DNA of 58,893 bases from Patescibacteria group bacterium (lineage in GTDB: Bacteria; Patescibacteriota; Minisyncoccia; Minisyncoccales; PEYH01): positions 1 through 58,893 of the forward strand of contig JAHITK010000005.1 in assembly GCA_018817645.1 (NCBI GenBank), given 5' to 3'. The notes under the pieces are model-generated. The model was not told where the DNA came from. It ran no database searches and saw only the letters and a list, made by a program, of their open reading frames with translations. Of this stretch, positions 27,620 through 37,138 are shown piece by piece (the stretch's first letter is position 1; the number at the start of each line of letters is the position of its first letter). Position numbers and translations under genes: made by a program.

Positions 27620-28711
27620 CTAACCCAGCAATCGGATGGCGATTCCGATAATAGCGGCAATCAGACCAATGACCCAGAATCTCATGGTGATTTTGTAATG
27701 GGGCCAGCCCTTGGCTTCAAAATGATAATGAATCGGGGAAGCGAGAAAGATTTTGCGCTTTAAAAATTTTTTGGATAATTGCTGGAGTATTACGGAACCG
27801 GCCTCAACCACTAATAATATCCCAATAATTGGCAAGACCAAGACCGAATCAGTGAGGAAAGCCACCACTGTCAGGGCGGTGCAGAGCCCCATGGTGCCGG
27901 ATTCGCCCATATAAAATCTGGCCGGCGGAATATTAAACCATAAGAAAGCAAGCAAAGCCCCTGCCACTACCGCGCAGAAGGCGGCGATGTCTATCTGCCC
28001 CCTGAACAGGGCAATAATGGCGTATGCCCCGAAGATTGTCGAGAAACTGCTTCCAGCCAGGCCGTCCATTCCGTCAATTACTCCCCCGGAGTACACGGCC
28101 ATCATCACCAATACAAAAAACGGAATATACCAGGCGCCTATCAGCAAATTTCCATTGCCCGGAAGATGCAGGCCTGTCCACCCGAGTTTTGAATAAAACC
28201 ACCATCCGCCTATTAGTCCGATTAAGAACACCGAGGCCAAACGGTATTTCAAACTTAATCCCCCGCCGATGTATTTTCCCTTGCCTCTTACTTGGAGCAG
28301 GTCGTCGATTAGTCCCACAATAGAAGCGGACACCATTGCAAACAAAGGCAGCCAGGTCTGGGAACGGCTTAGAAAATTTAATTTTTGGATAAAGGTGCCG
28401 TTAAATTCGGTTAAAAGAAAAAAAATAACTGCCAAAATCGGCGGAATCGTCCAAATCAGGATTCCTCCCAACCGCGGGGTTTTTACTTCTTGCTCGGCGT
28501 GGAATTTTTTGAATACTGGCATTTCTTTTCCGTCAATTGATTTCTCCCGACCGGTCTTTTTCCAAAGCTTGTGCTTGTAAAGAAAGTGAGTAAGAAAAGG
28601 AGTGGCCAATATTGCCACGATAAAAGAGATGGCTCCTAATATTAAAATTTTTAAGACGCTAAAGGTAAATTCAGCGCCCTGAAGGTTTTGAATTATATTA
28701 GTCCCTACCAT
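27620..28711 (-). CDS. mraY: Phospho-MurNAc-pentapeptide transferase
   Basis: KTPRLGG, GLIDD, DGMDG, FYMGESG, ASPIHYHFE. Confidence 0.95.
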   Translation of the reverse strand: MVGTNIIQNLQGAEFTFSVLKILILGAISFIVAILATPFLTHFLYKHKLWKKTGREKSIDGKEMPVFKKFHAEQEVKTPRLGGILIWTIPPILAVIFFLLTEFNGTFIQKLNFLSRSQTWLPLFAMVSASIVGLIDDLLQVRGKGKYIGGGLSLKYRLASVFLIGLIGGWWFYSKLGWTGLHLPGNGNLLIGAWYIPFFVLVMMAVYSGGVIDGMDGLAGSSFSTIFGAYAIIALFRGQIDIAAFCAVVAGALLAFLWFNIPPARFYMGESGTMGLCTALTVVAFLTDSVLVLPIIGILLVVEAGSVILQQLSKKFLKRKIFLASPIHYHFEAKGWPHYKITMRFWVIGLIAAIIGIAIRLLG

Positions 28712-29718
28712 ACGAAAGCGGAATTAATCCAATTAATGATATTTTCCATGTCTTTAAACCGGTTATCTGAATCCAGCACTATGTTGATAACATGGCCACC
28801 GTTTTTCGGTTGGGGCATTATCACCAGTAAGCATTGCCCGGCAATGGGGGTCTGCCCTGTCTTTGCCCCGAAGGTATCAGGGAATTCGCTGAGCAATCTG
28901 TTGGTGTTTATTGCTTCATGATGAATCCGCCCGTCCGCCAGAGTAATTTGGTATTTTTGCGTTCTGGTAATCTCAAATATTTTTGCTGTTTTGGGATTTG
29001 TGTCCGCTTCCTGGAGAATATGTCTTGTCAGCATGGCTAAGTCGTTGGCAGTTGAGTAATTATATCCTTGGCCCGGAAAATCGGGATCCAGGCCAATCGG
29101 GTCTATGAAATGAGTATATTTTAACCCGATTTCCTCCATTTCTTTATTCATAAGATTGACAAACTGCGGTTCGCCCATAATTTCTGCCAAAGCCCGGGCC
29201 GCATCGTTGCTTGATTCAATAAGGATTGAATAAAGCAGTTGGTCAACAGCGAATTTTTCGCCTGCCCTGAACCCGCCAACATTTTCTTCGGTGTCCACGG
29301 CTCTTTGGGAAATAACTGTTTCTTGGTCAAGTTCGTAATTCTGCAGGGCGATATAGGCGGTCAGAAGTTTGGTTAAACTGGCAATGGGCATTATCTGGTC
29401 AGGCGATTTGTCAAATATGACGCGCGGGTTGCCGGAATCAGTCACTAGGGCTATGGCTGATTTGGCATTCAATCCCTCTAATTCCCCTATTCTCCAATTT
29501 CGGAACGGTCTTAAAAAAGAATAATCCACCGGCGCGCTCACCACGGCAGCGGTGTAAATGTCTTTTGTCTTTTTCCAATAAAGATATTCATTGGCGATTT
29601 TCCCCAAGAAAACACTCCCCGAAATTAAGGCGAGCAATAATGCTCCGGCTAAAATGTTTTTAGTTTGCGGCAGATTAACTCCAAATTTTGCCTTTGGTTT
29701 CCAGGTTTCTAAGTTCAT
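28705..29718 (-). CDS. D-Ala-D-Ala carboxypeptidase, S11 family
   Basis: SLTK, SSN, KTG motifs. Confidence 0.92.
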   Translation of the reverse strand: MNLETWKPKAKFGVNLPQTKNILAGALLLALISGSVFLGKIANEYLYWKKTKDIYTAAVVSAPVDYSFLRPFRNWRIGELEGLNAKSAIALVTDSGNPRVIFDKSPDQIMPIASLTKLLTAYIALQNYELDQETVISQRAVDTEENVGGFRAGEKFAVDQLLYSILIESSNDAARALAEIMGEPQFVNLMNKEMEEIGLKYTHFIDPIGLDPDFPGQGYNYSTANDLAMLTRHILQEADTNPKTAKIFEITRTQKYQITLADGRIHHEAINTNRLLSEFPDTFGAKTGQTPIAGQCLLVIMPQPKNGGHVINIVLDSDNRFKDMENIINWINSAFVW

Positions 29719-29722
29719 CTAC

Positions 29723-31150
29723 TTAATCCTTTTTTACTATTTTAATTCCCAGTTCTCTTAACTGGTCTTCCGAAACAGAAGAAGGGGCGTCCATGACCGA
29801 AGTAATGCCAGAGGTGGCGGTCGGAAAAGCGACCGTTTCTCGGATGCTCTTTTCGTTGAGGATTGTTTGCAGTAATCGGTCGAATCCTGCGGCAATTCCT
29901 CCGTGAGGCGGAACGCCGTATTCAAACGCCTCCAAAATATGCCCGAATCTTTTTTTCACCGCTTCGGGCTTGTGCCCCAAGACCTCAAATGTTTTCTTGA
30001 GAACTTCGCTCTCGTGGGTTCTTATCGACCCGCCCATTACCTCTACTCCGTTTAGCACTAGGTCATATTGTTTCGCCTTAAATCCAAGAAGTTCTTTTTT
30101 GCCTTGAGGACTCCTTAATTCCTCAACGCTTATTGCTTTAAATTTTTTAAGGCCTTCATCAGCAAGCGCGGTAAAGGGATGATGGACCGCGTCAATCGAG
30201 CCGTCCTCCAGCACTTCAAACATCGGGAAATCCAACACCCAACAAAAAGCCAATTCCCCGCTTTCTTTGTCTTTCCTCAAATCCGGCTTGTCGCTTTTGT
30301 ATTTTTTCATTGCTTCGGTATGGGTGATTCTGGGAAACGGCTTTTCTTGTATTTTTTTATTGAAAATTTTTTCCGCTAAATCAGTAATCATTGTTTCTAT
30401 CAGATTAAAGACATCCTCCTGCTCTATAAAGCTCATTTCTATATCCACCTGCGTATGTTCAAAGAGACGGTCAGCCCTTAAGTCCTCGTCTCTGAAGACA
30501 TGGGGAAATTGGAAATATTTTTCAATCCCAGCCACCATCAACAGCTGTTTGTATTGCTGGGGGCTTTGGGGCAGGGCGTAAAATTTTCCCGGCTGTAAGC
30601 GGGAAGGCACCAAAAAATCCCTGGCCCCTTCGGGCGTTGACTTAGTCAAAATCGGGGTCTCAATTTCCAGAAATCCCCTGTCGCTCAAAAAGTTTCTGAT
30701 GAAAATAGCGGCTTTTTGGCGGACAATCAGATTGTTTTTCATTCGCTCTCTCCGCAAATCAAGATACCGGTATTTTAATCGTTTTTCCTCTTTGATTTGA
30801 TAACCGTCATCATCAATCGGGAAAGGCAGGGTCTTTGCTTCCGCCAAGACCTTAATTTCCTCGACAGACAATTCTATCGCCCCTGTTTCAATATTTTTGT
30901 TTTCAGTATTGCCCTCGCGCTTTTTAATTATCCCAATTATTTCCACCACCCATTCAGGCCTTATTTTTTTCGCTGTTTCCAAGATGTTTCCGCTCAAATT
31001 GGGCAAAAAGATTACCTGCAGGAGTCCTGATTTGTCCCTTAAGTCAATAAAAATCAATTTTCCGTGGGAACGGCAGGATTGAACCCATCCTGATACTTTT
31101 ACTTTTTCGCCGATATGTTTCGGGGTCTCGGAAATAATTGCTCTTTTCAT
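29723..31150 (-). CDS. aspS: Aspartate--tRNA ligase, short form lacking the GAD insert
   Basis: OB fold FIDLRD, LPQSPQQYKQ, FRDEDLRADR, PPHGGIAAGFDR. Confidence 0.95.
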   Translation of the reverse strand: MKRAIISETPKHIGEKVKVSGWVQSCRSHGKLIFIDLRDKSGLLQVIFLPNLSGNILETAKKIRPEWVVEIIGIIKKREGNTENKNIETGAIELSVEEIKVLAEAKTLPFPIDDDGYQIKEEKRLKYRYLDLRRERMKNNLIVRQKAAIFIRNFLSDRGFLEIETPILTKSTPEGARDFLVPSRLQPGKFYALPQSPQQYKQLLMVAGIEKYFQFPHVFRDEDLRADRLFEHTQVDIEMSFIEQEDVFNLIETMITDLAEKIFNKKIQEKPFPRITHTEAMKKYKSDKPDLRKDKESGELAFCWVLDFPMFEVLEDGSIDAVHHPFTALADEGLKKFKAISVEELRSPQGKKELLGFKAKQYDLVLNGVEVMGGSIRTHESEVLKKTFEVLGHKPEAVKKRFGHILEAFEYGVPPHGGIAAGFDRLLQTILNEKSIRETVAFPTATSGITSVMDAPSSVSEDQLRELGIKIVKKD

Positions 31151-31301
31151 AATTTGATGCGTTAGGTTAAGGTTAGATTATTTTTTTTTGACTGATTTTA
31201 GAAGTTTGGAATGTTTATTTATTTTACACGAAATCAAAAAAAATGCCAGCGCAAGTATTGGGTATATTGAGAAAATTTTAAGTTCTGGTAGAATAAAGAA
31301 T

Positions 31302-33659
31302 ATGCAGAAACAATACGATTTCAAAAAACAAGAGTTGAAATGGCAAAAATTCTGGGAAAAAGAGAATTTGTATAAATTCAACCCTAAAAAATCAGGAAAG
31401 ATTTTTTCCATTGACACCGACCCTCCCACTTTAAGCGGGAAAATGCATATTGGCCATGTTTCTTCTTATAGCCACGAAGACATCATCGCCCGCTATCATA
31501 GAATGAAGGGAGAGAATGTCTACTTCCCCTTTGGCGTTGACAACAACGGTCTGGCTACGGAGAGAATGGTTGAGTCAATCAACGGAGTTACTTTATTTGA
31601 GGTTGGCAGAAAGAATTTTGTTCAGCTTTGTCAAAAAACGATTAGCAAAGTTTTGCCGGATTTTGTCTCCGGCTGGAAAAGAGTGGGCGTATCCTGCGAT
31701 TTTTCCAATATTTATTCCACTATCAGCCCGGCGGTGCAAAAAATCAGCCAACAGCATTTTTTGGAACTTTTTGGACAAGGCAGGATATATCAAAAAGAAT
31801 CCCCTACTCTTTTTTGCCCGGCTTGCCAGACCGCCATTGCGCAGGCAGAACTGGAAGACAAGGAGGAGCAAAGCGTTTTCAATGACATATATTTTGAACT
31901 GGAAGACGGGCGGACGATAATAATTTCTACTACCCGGCCCGAATTGTTGGCAAGCTGTGTGGCTGTTTTTGTCCATCCCCGGGACAAAAGACACAAGGAT
32001 TTAATCGGCAAAACCGCTATAGTCCCAATTTTTGGGCAGAAGGTTAAAATTATGGCAGACGACAAAGTGGATAAAGAAAAAGGAAGCGGAATCGTAATGT
32101 GCTGTACTTTCGGAGATACGACTGATTTGGATTGGTATTTCAAACATAATTTGCCCTTGAGGATATCAATCACCAAGCAAGGCGAACTTAATGACTTGGC
32201 GGGCGAGTTCAAGGGTTTTTCAATTAAAGCGGCACGCAAGATGATTTTGGAAAAACTAAAAGAAAAGGGCCAACTAATTTCTCAAAAAACCATTGAGCAT
32301 TCGGTCAATGTTCATGAGCGATGCGGAACGGAGATAGAAATACTGCCCACCAAGCAGTGGTTTATTAAGTATCTTGATTTGAAGGAGCAGTTTTTGAAAC
32401 AATCGGGCAAATTGAATTGGTATCCTAAGTATATGAAAATCCGATTGGATAACTGGATTAAAGGATTACGCTGGGATTGGTGCGTTTCCAGGCAGAGATA
32501 TTTCGGCATTCCCATACCAATTTGGCATTGCAAAAAATGCGGGAAAATAATTTTGCCTTCAGTTAAGGACTTACCAATTGACCCGCTTCACTCAAACCCC
32601 ACCAAGAAGTGCAGTTGCGGCAGCAGCGAGTTTATCCCGGAAACAGATGTCTTGGATACTTGGGCCACCAGCTCTCTTTCCCCGCAAATTGCCTTATCTT
32701 TAGTAAAAAACAAAGAGACAAAGGGAACGATGTTTCCAATGTCTTTAAGGCCGCAAGCCCATGATATTATCAACTTTTGGCTGTTTTACACCTTAGCTCG
32801 TTCTTCCTTGCATTACAAAAAACTTCCCTGGCGCGATGTCTTTATTTCCGGCCACGTGCTTGACTCCAAAGGAGAAAAAATGGCAAAGTCAAAAGGCAAT
32901 GCAGTGGATCCCGAAGCAATTTTAGAAAAATACGGCACTGACGCGGTTCGTTATTGGGCCAGCCAAGCAAGAATGGGAGATGACTTCCGGTTCAGCGAAG
33001 AAGAAATCCAGCAAGGGAAAAGGACCGCCACCAAGATTTGGAACGCTTCCCGGTTCGCGCTTATGCATTTGACAAATTATGCGCTGAAGGACAGCGATGC
33101 CAAAAACTTGGAAGATGAAGACAAGTGGATTTTCACGAAATTAAACAGGGCTATTAAGGATTATGCGGCTAAAATGGATTCTTACGAATATCCGAGAGCC
33201 AAGGAGATTATAGACGGCTTTTTCTGGAATGATTTCTGCAACAATTATCTTGAGATTGTGAAGGCAAGGGTTTACGAGCCGGAGAACAAACAAACTTTGA
33301 AAGCAGCTCAATTTACGATTTACAAAGTGGTTTTAGGGATATTAAAACTCTATGCCCCATTTATGCCTTTTGTCACCGAAGAAGTGTATCAGGATTATTT
33401 CCGGAAAACAGAAAAAACAAAAAGCATCCATTTGACGCTTTTGCCGGAGCCGGAGAAAAAATTTGATTTCCCGGCTATTGCCAGCGATTTTGAAACAGCG
33501 ATTGACGCTATTGTCCAAATTAGGAAATATAAATCCGAACATCAACTCTCCATGAAAGCAGAACTTGGCGAAGTTTCAATCAAAGTCAAAAACAAGGGGA
33601 AAATAAAAAAATACTTGCCATTGATCAGCAAACTAATGTCAGTGAAAAAAATTGAGTAA
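31302..33659 (+). CDS. valS: Valine--tRNA ligase, short type without C-terminal coiled coil
   Basis: HIGH, DWCVSRQR, KMAKS. Confidence 0.93.
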   Translation: MQKQYDFKKQELKWQKFWEKENLYKFNPKKSGKIFSIDTDPPTLSGKMHIGHVSSYSHEDIIARYHRMKGENVYFPFGVDNNGLATERMVESINGVTLFEVGRKNFVQLCQKTISKVLPDFVSGWKRVGVSCDFSNIYSTISPAVQKISQQHFLELFGQGRIYQKESPTLFCPACQTAIAQAELEDKEEQSVFNDIYFELEDGRTIIISTTRPELLASCVAVFVHPRDKRHKDLIGKTAIVPIFGQKVKIMADDKVDKEKGSGIVMCCTFGDTTDLDWYFKHNLPLRISITKQGELNDLAGEFKGFSIKAARKMILEKLKEKGQLISQKTIEHSVNVHERCGTEIEILPTKQWFIKYLDLKEQFLKQSGKLNWYPKYMKIRLDNWIKGLRWDWCVSRQRYFGIPIPIWHCKKCGKIILPSVKDLPIDPLHSNPTKKCSCGSSEFIPETDVLDTWATSSLSPQIALSLVKNKETKGTMFPMSLRPQAHDIINFWLFYTLARSSLHYKKLPWRDVFISGHVLDSKGEKMAKSKGNAVDPEAILEKYGTDAVRYWASQARMGDDFRFSEEEIQQGKRTATKIWNASRFALMHLTNYALKDSDAKNLEDEDKWIFTKLNRAIKDYAAKMDSYEYPRAKEIIDGFFWNDFCNNYLEIVKARVYEPENKQTLKAAQFTIYKVVLGILKLYAPFMPFVTEEVYQDYFRKTEKTKSIHLTLLPEPEKKFDFPAIASDFETAIDAIVQIRKYKSEHQLSMKAELGEVSIKVKNKGKIKKYLPLISKLMSVKKIE

Positions 33660-33660
33660 T

Positions 33661-33900
33661 TTATTTCTTTTTTCGTAGATTATCTAAATCTGCCCTGCTA
33701 ATACCCGCCTCTCTTAAAATACTCATTATTATTCCTCTTGGCAGTTGGCAGGTCTTTTATATGACAAGAGACTACTGCTCTTTTTTAGTTTTCGGATGAT
33801 AGAAAACAAAATGACTTCCAGTAGTATGGTCTAATCGGAAGCCAAGATCCTTAAGAACTCGTAATAATTTTTTAGAGGTTAGCGCGGAAAGTTTAGGCAT
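33661..33900 (-). pseudogene. hicA: HicA toxin with two frameshifts
   Basis: MPKLSALTSKKLLRVLKDLGF..TTGSHFVFYHP, then TAG at 33772; 1-nt loss in an A6 run and a 7-bp duplication TTGGCAG x2 (33738-33751). Confidence 0.85.
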
Positions 33901-34138
33901 GGGCTGGAACCTTTTTAATCTCTACCGAAGTAAAAAAATTTTCCTTGTCAGTAGGGACAGGTTCTTTGTGCTTTCTCAGGGAGGCAACATATCCCTTAAT
34001 AGCGTCAATGGCCATTTCTCTCCCCTCCTGAAGGGTGCGGCCGTATGTAACGCAGCCGGGTAAACTGGGAACAATTACTGTAAACCCGCCCTTTGGTTCT
34101 GCGCGGAATATTGCATTATAGTTGAGATTTTTGTCCAT
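33893..34138 (-). CDS. hicB: HicB antitoxin
   Basis: GGFTVIVPSLPGCVTYG.T..EG. Confidence 0.92.
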   Translation of the reverse strand: MDKNLNYNAIFRAEPKGGFTVIVPSLPGCVTYGRTLQEGREMAIDAIKGYVASLRKHKEPVPTDKENFFTSVEIKKVPAHA

Positions 34139-34176
34139 ACCTCTATTCTATTAGAATTATTTTTATTGTCAACTCA

Positions 34177-35196
34177 CTAAAATTTGTATTTCATCTTCAT
34201 GGCTTGTTTTGCGAGAGCCAAGGTTTCTGCGACTCTTTTTTGGGTCTTTTTTCTCCCCTGTTCCAGAATATCCTTTATCAGATTTGGTTTTTTAGCAAAG
34301 TCATTTCGCTTGTCGCGAATCGGTTCTAAGAATTCATTCAGCATTTTTGCCAATTGTTTTTTGCCGGCAACGCAGCCGATTTTTCCTGCCTCGCACAAGG
34401 ATTTTATTCCTTCTTGTCCTGAGCTTGTCGAATGGGTCGCTTTTTCCGGGAAGAAAGCCAGATAATATTGATAAATGTTGCAAATTTCCGGCCGGCCCGG
34501 GTCGCCTAAATGAATCTTTTTCGGGTCAGTAATGGCTTTCATCACCTTCTCTTCCACTATCTTGGGGCTATCAGACAGAAAAATAGCATTGTTTCTTGAT
34601 TTTGACATTTTCTGGCCGTCTAATCCGGGCAAAGTCGGTGTTTGGCTCAAAATGGCTTCCGGCACTGGGAATACTTTGCCGAACAAGCGGTTGAAAGTGC
34701 TGGCAATTTCCCGCGTAATTTCAATATGAGGCAACTGGTCTTTGCCTACCGGTACCGCATCAGCTCTGACGCACAGAATATCCGCTGCCTGCGACACCGG
34801 GTAACCGATAAACCCCAAACTTGCTTTTTTAGTGCCTGACGCCCTAATTTCGTCTTTGACAGTCGGATTTCTTTCCACTCGCGCCATTGTTACCAGCATT
34901 GAAAATAGAAGGGTCAATTCCGCGATTTCCGGAATTTGGGACTGGACAAATATAGTTGACTTGTCCGAGTCAATGCCGACTGATAAATAGTCAAGCACGA
35001 TTTCATTGATATTTTTTTCTATATCCTCGACCTTGGACAACTGGTCGGTCAAGACCTGATAATCAGCAATAATAAAATAGGAGTCGTATTTATCCTGCAT
35101 TTCCACTCTGTTTTTGAGCGAGCCGACATAATGGCCTAAATGCAATGGTCCGGTCGGCCTATCCCCTGTTAATACTATTTTTTTATTTTTTTTCAT
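34177..35196 (-). CDS. trpS: Tryptophan--tRNA ligase
   Basis: TGDRPTGPLHLGH, PVGKDQ, KMSKS. Confidence 0.97.
   Translation of the reverse strand: MKKNKKIVLTGDRPTGPLHLGHYVGSLKNRVEMQDKYDSYFIIADYQVLTDQLSKVEDIEKNINEIVLDYLSVGIDSDKSTIFVQSQIPEIAELTLLFSMLVTMARVERNPTVKDEIRASGTKKASLGFIGYPVSQAADILCVRADAVPVGKDQLPHIEITREIASTFNRLFGKVFPVPEAILSQTPTLPGLDGQKMSKSRNNAIFLSDSPKIVEEKVMKAITDPKKIHLGDPGRPEICNIYQYYLAFFPEKATHSTSSGQEGIKSLCEAGKIGCVAGKKQLAKMLNEFLEPIRDKRNDFAKKPNLIKDILEQGRKKTQKRVAETLALAKQAMKMKYKF
34413..34435 (+). repeat. REP-like unit CTTGTCCTGAGCTTGTCGAATGG inside trpS
   Basis: 18/23 identical to 143-165. Confidence 0.7.
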
Positions 35197-35273
35197 ATTT
35201 TGTATCCTATATTCGTATTTTATCCAGCAGTTTTATGTTTTATATTATAACACAAAATCCTCATTTTGTCGCA

Positions 35274-35332
35274 ACGAGGCCCGGCCTCGTAATCTTCATA
35301 ATGGCTTATTGTTAGGGTCGCACCCTAACAAT
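35274..35332. repeat. Two REP-like palindromes with 5-nt loops
   Basis: ACGAGG-CCCGG-CCTCGT (35274-90) and ATTGTTAGGG-TCGCA-CCCTAACAAT (35308-32); the second contains the fba stop codon. Confidence 0.75.
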
Positions 35333-36176
35333 TGGTGCCGGAGAGTTTAATTTTTTCTTCTACTTTGTCCTGAATGTCTTTTATCACAAAAGGCAAAATT
35401 TTGTAAGGTTTAATCGTTTGTTTTTTCAAATGCTTGAGCATTGATTTTTTCCACACCTCTCTCAATTCAGTATTAATGTTTATTTTCACAACCCCATTTT
35501 TAATAGCTTTTTTAATATCATTATCATTTGTTCCGGAACCGCCGTGCAAAACCAGAAAAACATTGAGTTCTTTATTGATTTTTTTCAACAAATCAATGTT
35601 CAGCCGTATTTTATTCTTGTATGTTCCGTGAACATTGCCAATATTTATCGCCAAGGAATCAACGCCAGTGGCTTGCACAAACTTTTTCGCTTTTTCTATA
35701 TCCTCATAAAACGACTCTTTTGCCTTAAATTTCTTTTTATGAGTTTCCGAACTTCCTTTGATTGATTTGATTTCCCCCTCCACTAAGACCCCTCTTTGAT
35801 GGGCGTATTGGACAATTTTTTTGGCAGTCTCAATATTCTGTTTAAGGGACAAGTCGCCTCCGTCAAAATGGACGCAATCGTAGCCCATATCAATTGCTTT
35901 TTTGATAAGAGCAATATCTCTGCCGTGGTCCAAATTAAGATAAATATAGGGAAATATTTTTCTGTAATAGTTTCTTAAAATAATCGCCTTTTTTAAACCA
36001 AAGAATTTCACTTCTCCTCCGCTGGTGCCGAGAATGACCGGCGCCTTGGCTTTCTCAGCCGCTGAGATGATTGCTTTCAATTGTTCCGATGTGGAAAAAT
36101 TGAATTGTCCTATCGCCCACTTTCCCCTTTTGGCTTTTTGTAAAAAATATTTAAGAGATTCCTTTTTAGAGCGCAT
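35325..36176 (-). CDS. fba: Class II fructose-bisphosphate aldolase
   Basis: LNLDHG, GNVHG, VLHGGSG, KININT. Confidence 0.92.
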   Translation of the reverse strand: MRSKKESLKYFLQKAKRGKWAIGQFNFSTSEQLKAIISAAEKAKAPVILGTSGGEVKFFGLKKAIILRNYYRKIFPYIYLNLDHGRDIALIKKAIDMGYDCVHFDGGDLSLKQNIETAKKIVQYAHQRGVLVEGEIKSIKGSSETHKKKFKAKESFYEDIEKAKKFVQATGVDSLAINIGNVHGTYKNKIRLNIDLLKKINKELNVFLVLHGGSGTNDNDIKKAIKNGVVKININTELREVWKKSMLKHLKKQTIKPYKILPFVIKDIQDKVEEKIKLSGTNC

Positions 36177-37107
36177 ATTTTTTAATTTTAATTTTGCGGT
36201 ATTTCTGACCCTTTTTTAATAATCCGTCTTTGGCTCCCCATTCCTTGATGCAGGCAGCGGTATTGGCGCTTCCAAGTTGGATTGCCTCAATTATGTTCTT
36301 CTTATTTATCAATCCTGCCACCAACCCTGAGCCAAAGGCGTCACCCGCTCCGGTCAAATCAGCAACCTTGCTTCTGAAAACCTCGCCTTTATAGATAAAT
36401 TTCCCGTCAAAAGCCATTAACCCCTGTTCTTCGCCGGTCACAAAAAGTCCTTTCAAAAATGGCTTTATCTCCAGAAAAATATCCTCTGTTTTGCGGCTTC
36501 CAAAAAGCATTTTCGTTTCTTTTTCATTGGTAAGCAGGACATCAATTTTCGGCAAAAGGGCTTTAATTGATTTTTTATACAATTCAATTTGTTCTTTGCC
36601 CGGATTGAAAGCCACTTTTATCTTGTTCTGGTGGGCGAAATCGATAATTTGTTTTGTTTTTCGGGCGCATTCCCCTGAAAGCGGAGCCAAATAAAACCAG
36701 TCCGCCCGCAGTTTATTCAGATTGAAATTTTTAGGAACATAATTGGAAGCGTCCCGATAAACTAAAATAACTTTGCCTTTTTCTCTCTTACTAAGAATCA
36801 CCGAGTGATTGGTCGTTTTGCCAGTCAGAGAACTCAAAAATTCCGTTGATATTTTATACCTTTTCAAATCCAGCAGGACCGAAAAGCCGGCATAATCTTT
36901 CCCAACGCTTCCGCAAAAAGCAGTTTTTAGGCCTTGCTGGGCAAAGGTGGCGGCGGCATTGGTTCCCCCTCCGCCGGTGCGGATTATCAATTCGTCCATT
37001 TCTATCTTGTCGCCCAAAGGAAAGCAAAGTTTCCGGTCAAAAAATTCTTTGGAAAAAACAAAGATGTCTTCGCTGGCAGAACCAAATGTTATCACATCAT
37101 ATTTCAT
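36166..37107 (-). CDS. PfkB-family carbohydrate kinase
   Basis: GGGGTNAA, DLTGAGDAFGSG. Confidence 0.92.
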   Translation of the reverse strand: MKYDVITFGSASEDIFVFSKEFFDRKLCFPLGDKIEMDELIIRTGGGGTNAAATFAQQGLKTAFCGSVGKDYAGFSVLLDLKRYKISTEFLSSLTGKTTNHSVILSKREKGKVILVYRDASNYVPKNFNLNKLRADWFYLAPLSGECARKTKQIIDFAHQNKIKVAFNPGKEQIELYKKSIKALLPKIDVLLTNEKETKMLFGSRKTEDIFLEIKPFLKGLFVTGEEQGLMAFDGKFIYKGEVFRSKVADLTGAGDAFGSGLVAGLINKKNIIEAIQLGSANTAACIKEWGAKDGLLKKGQKYRKIKIKKYAL

Positions 37108-37113
37108 AGATTT

Positions 37114-37134
37114 TGCCGAGATCGTTTCTCGGCA
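37114..37134. repeat. REP downstream of RAYT: TGCCGAGA-TCGTT-TCTCGGCA
   Basis: Direct reading. Confidence 0.9.
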
Positions 37135-37138
37135 GATT

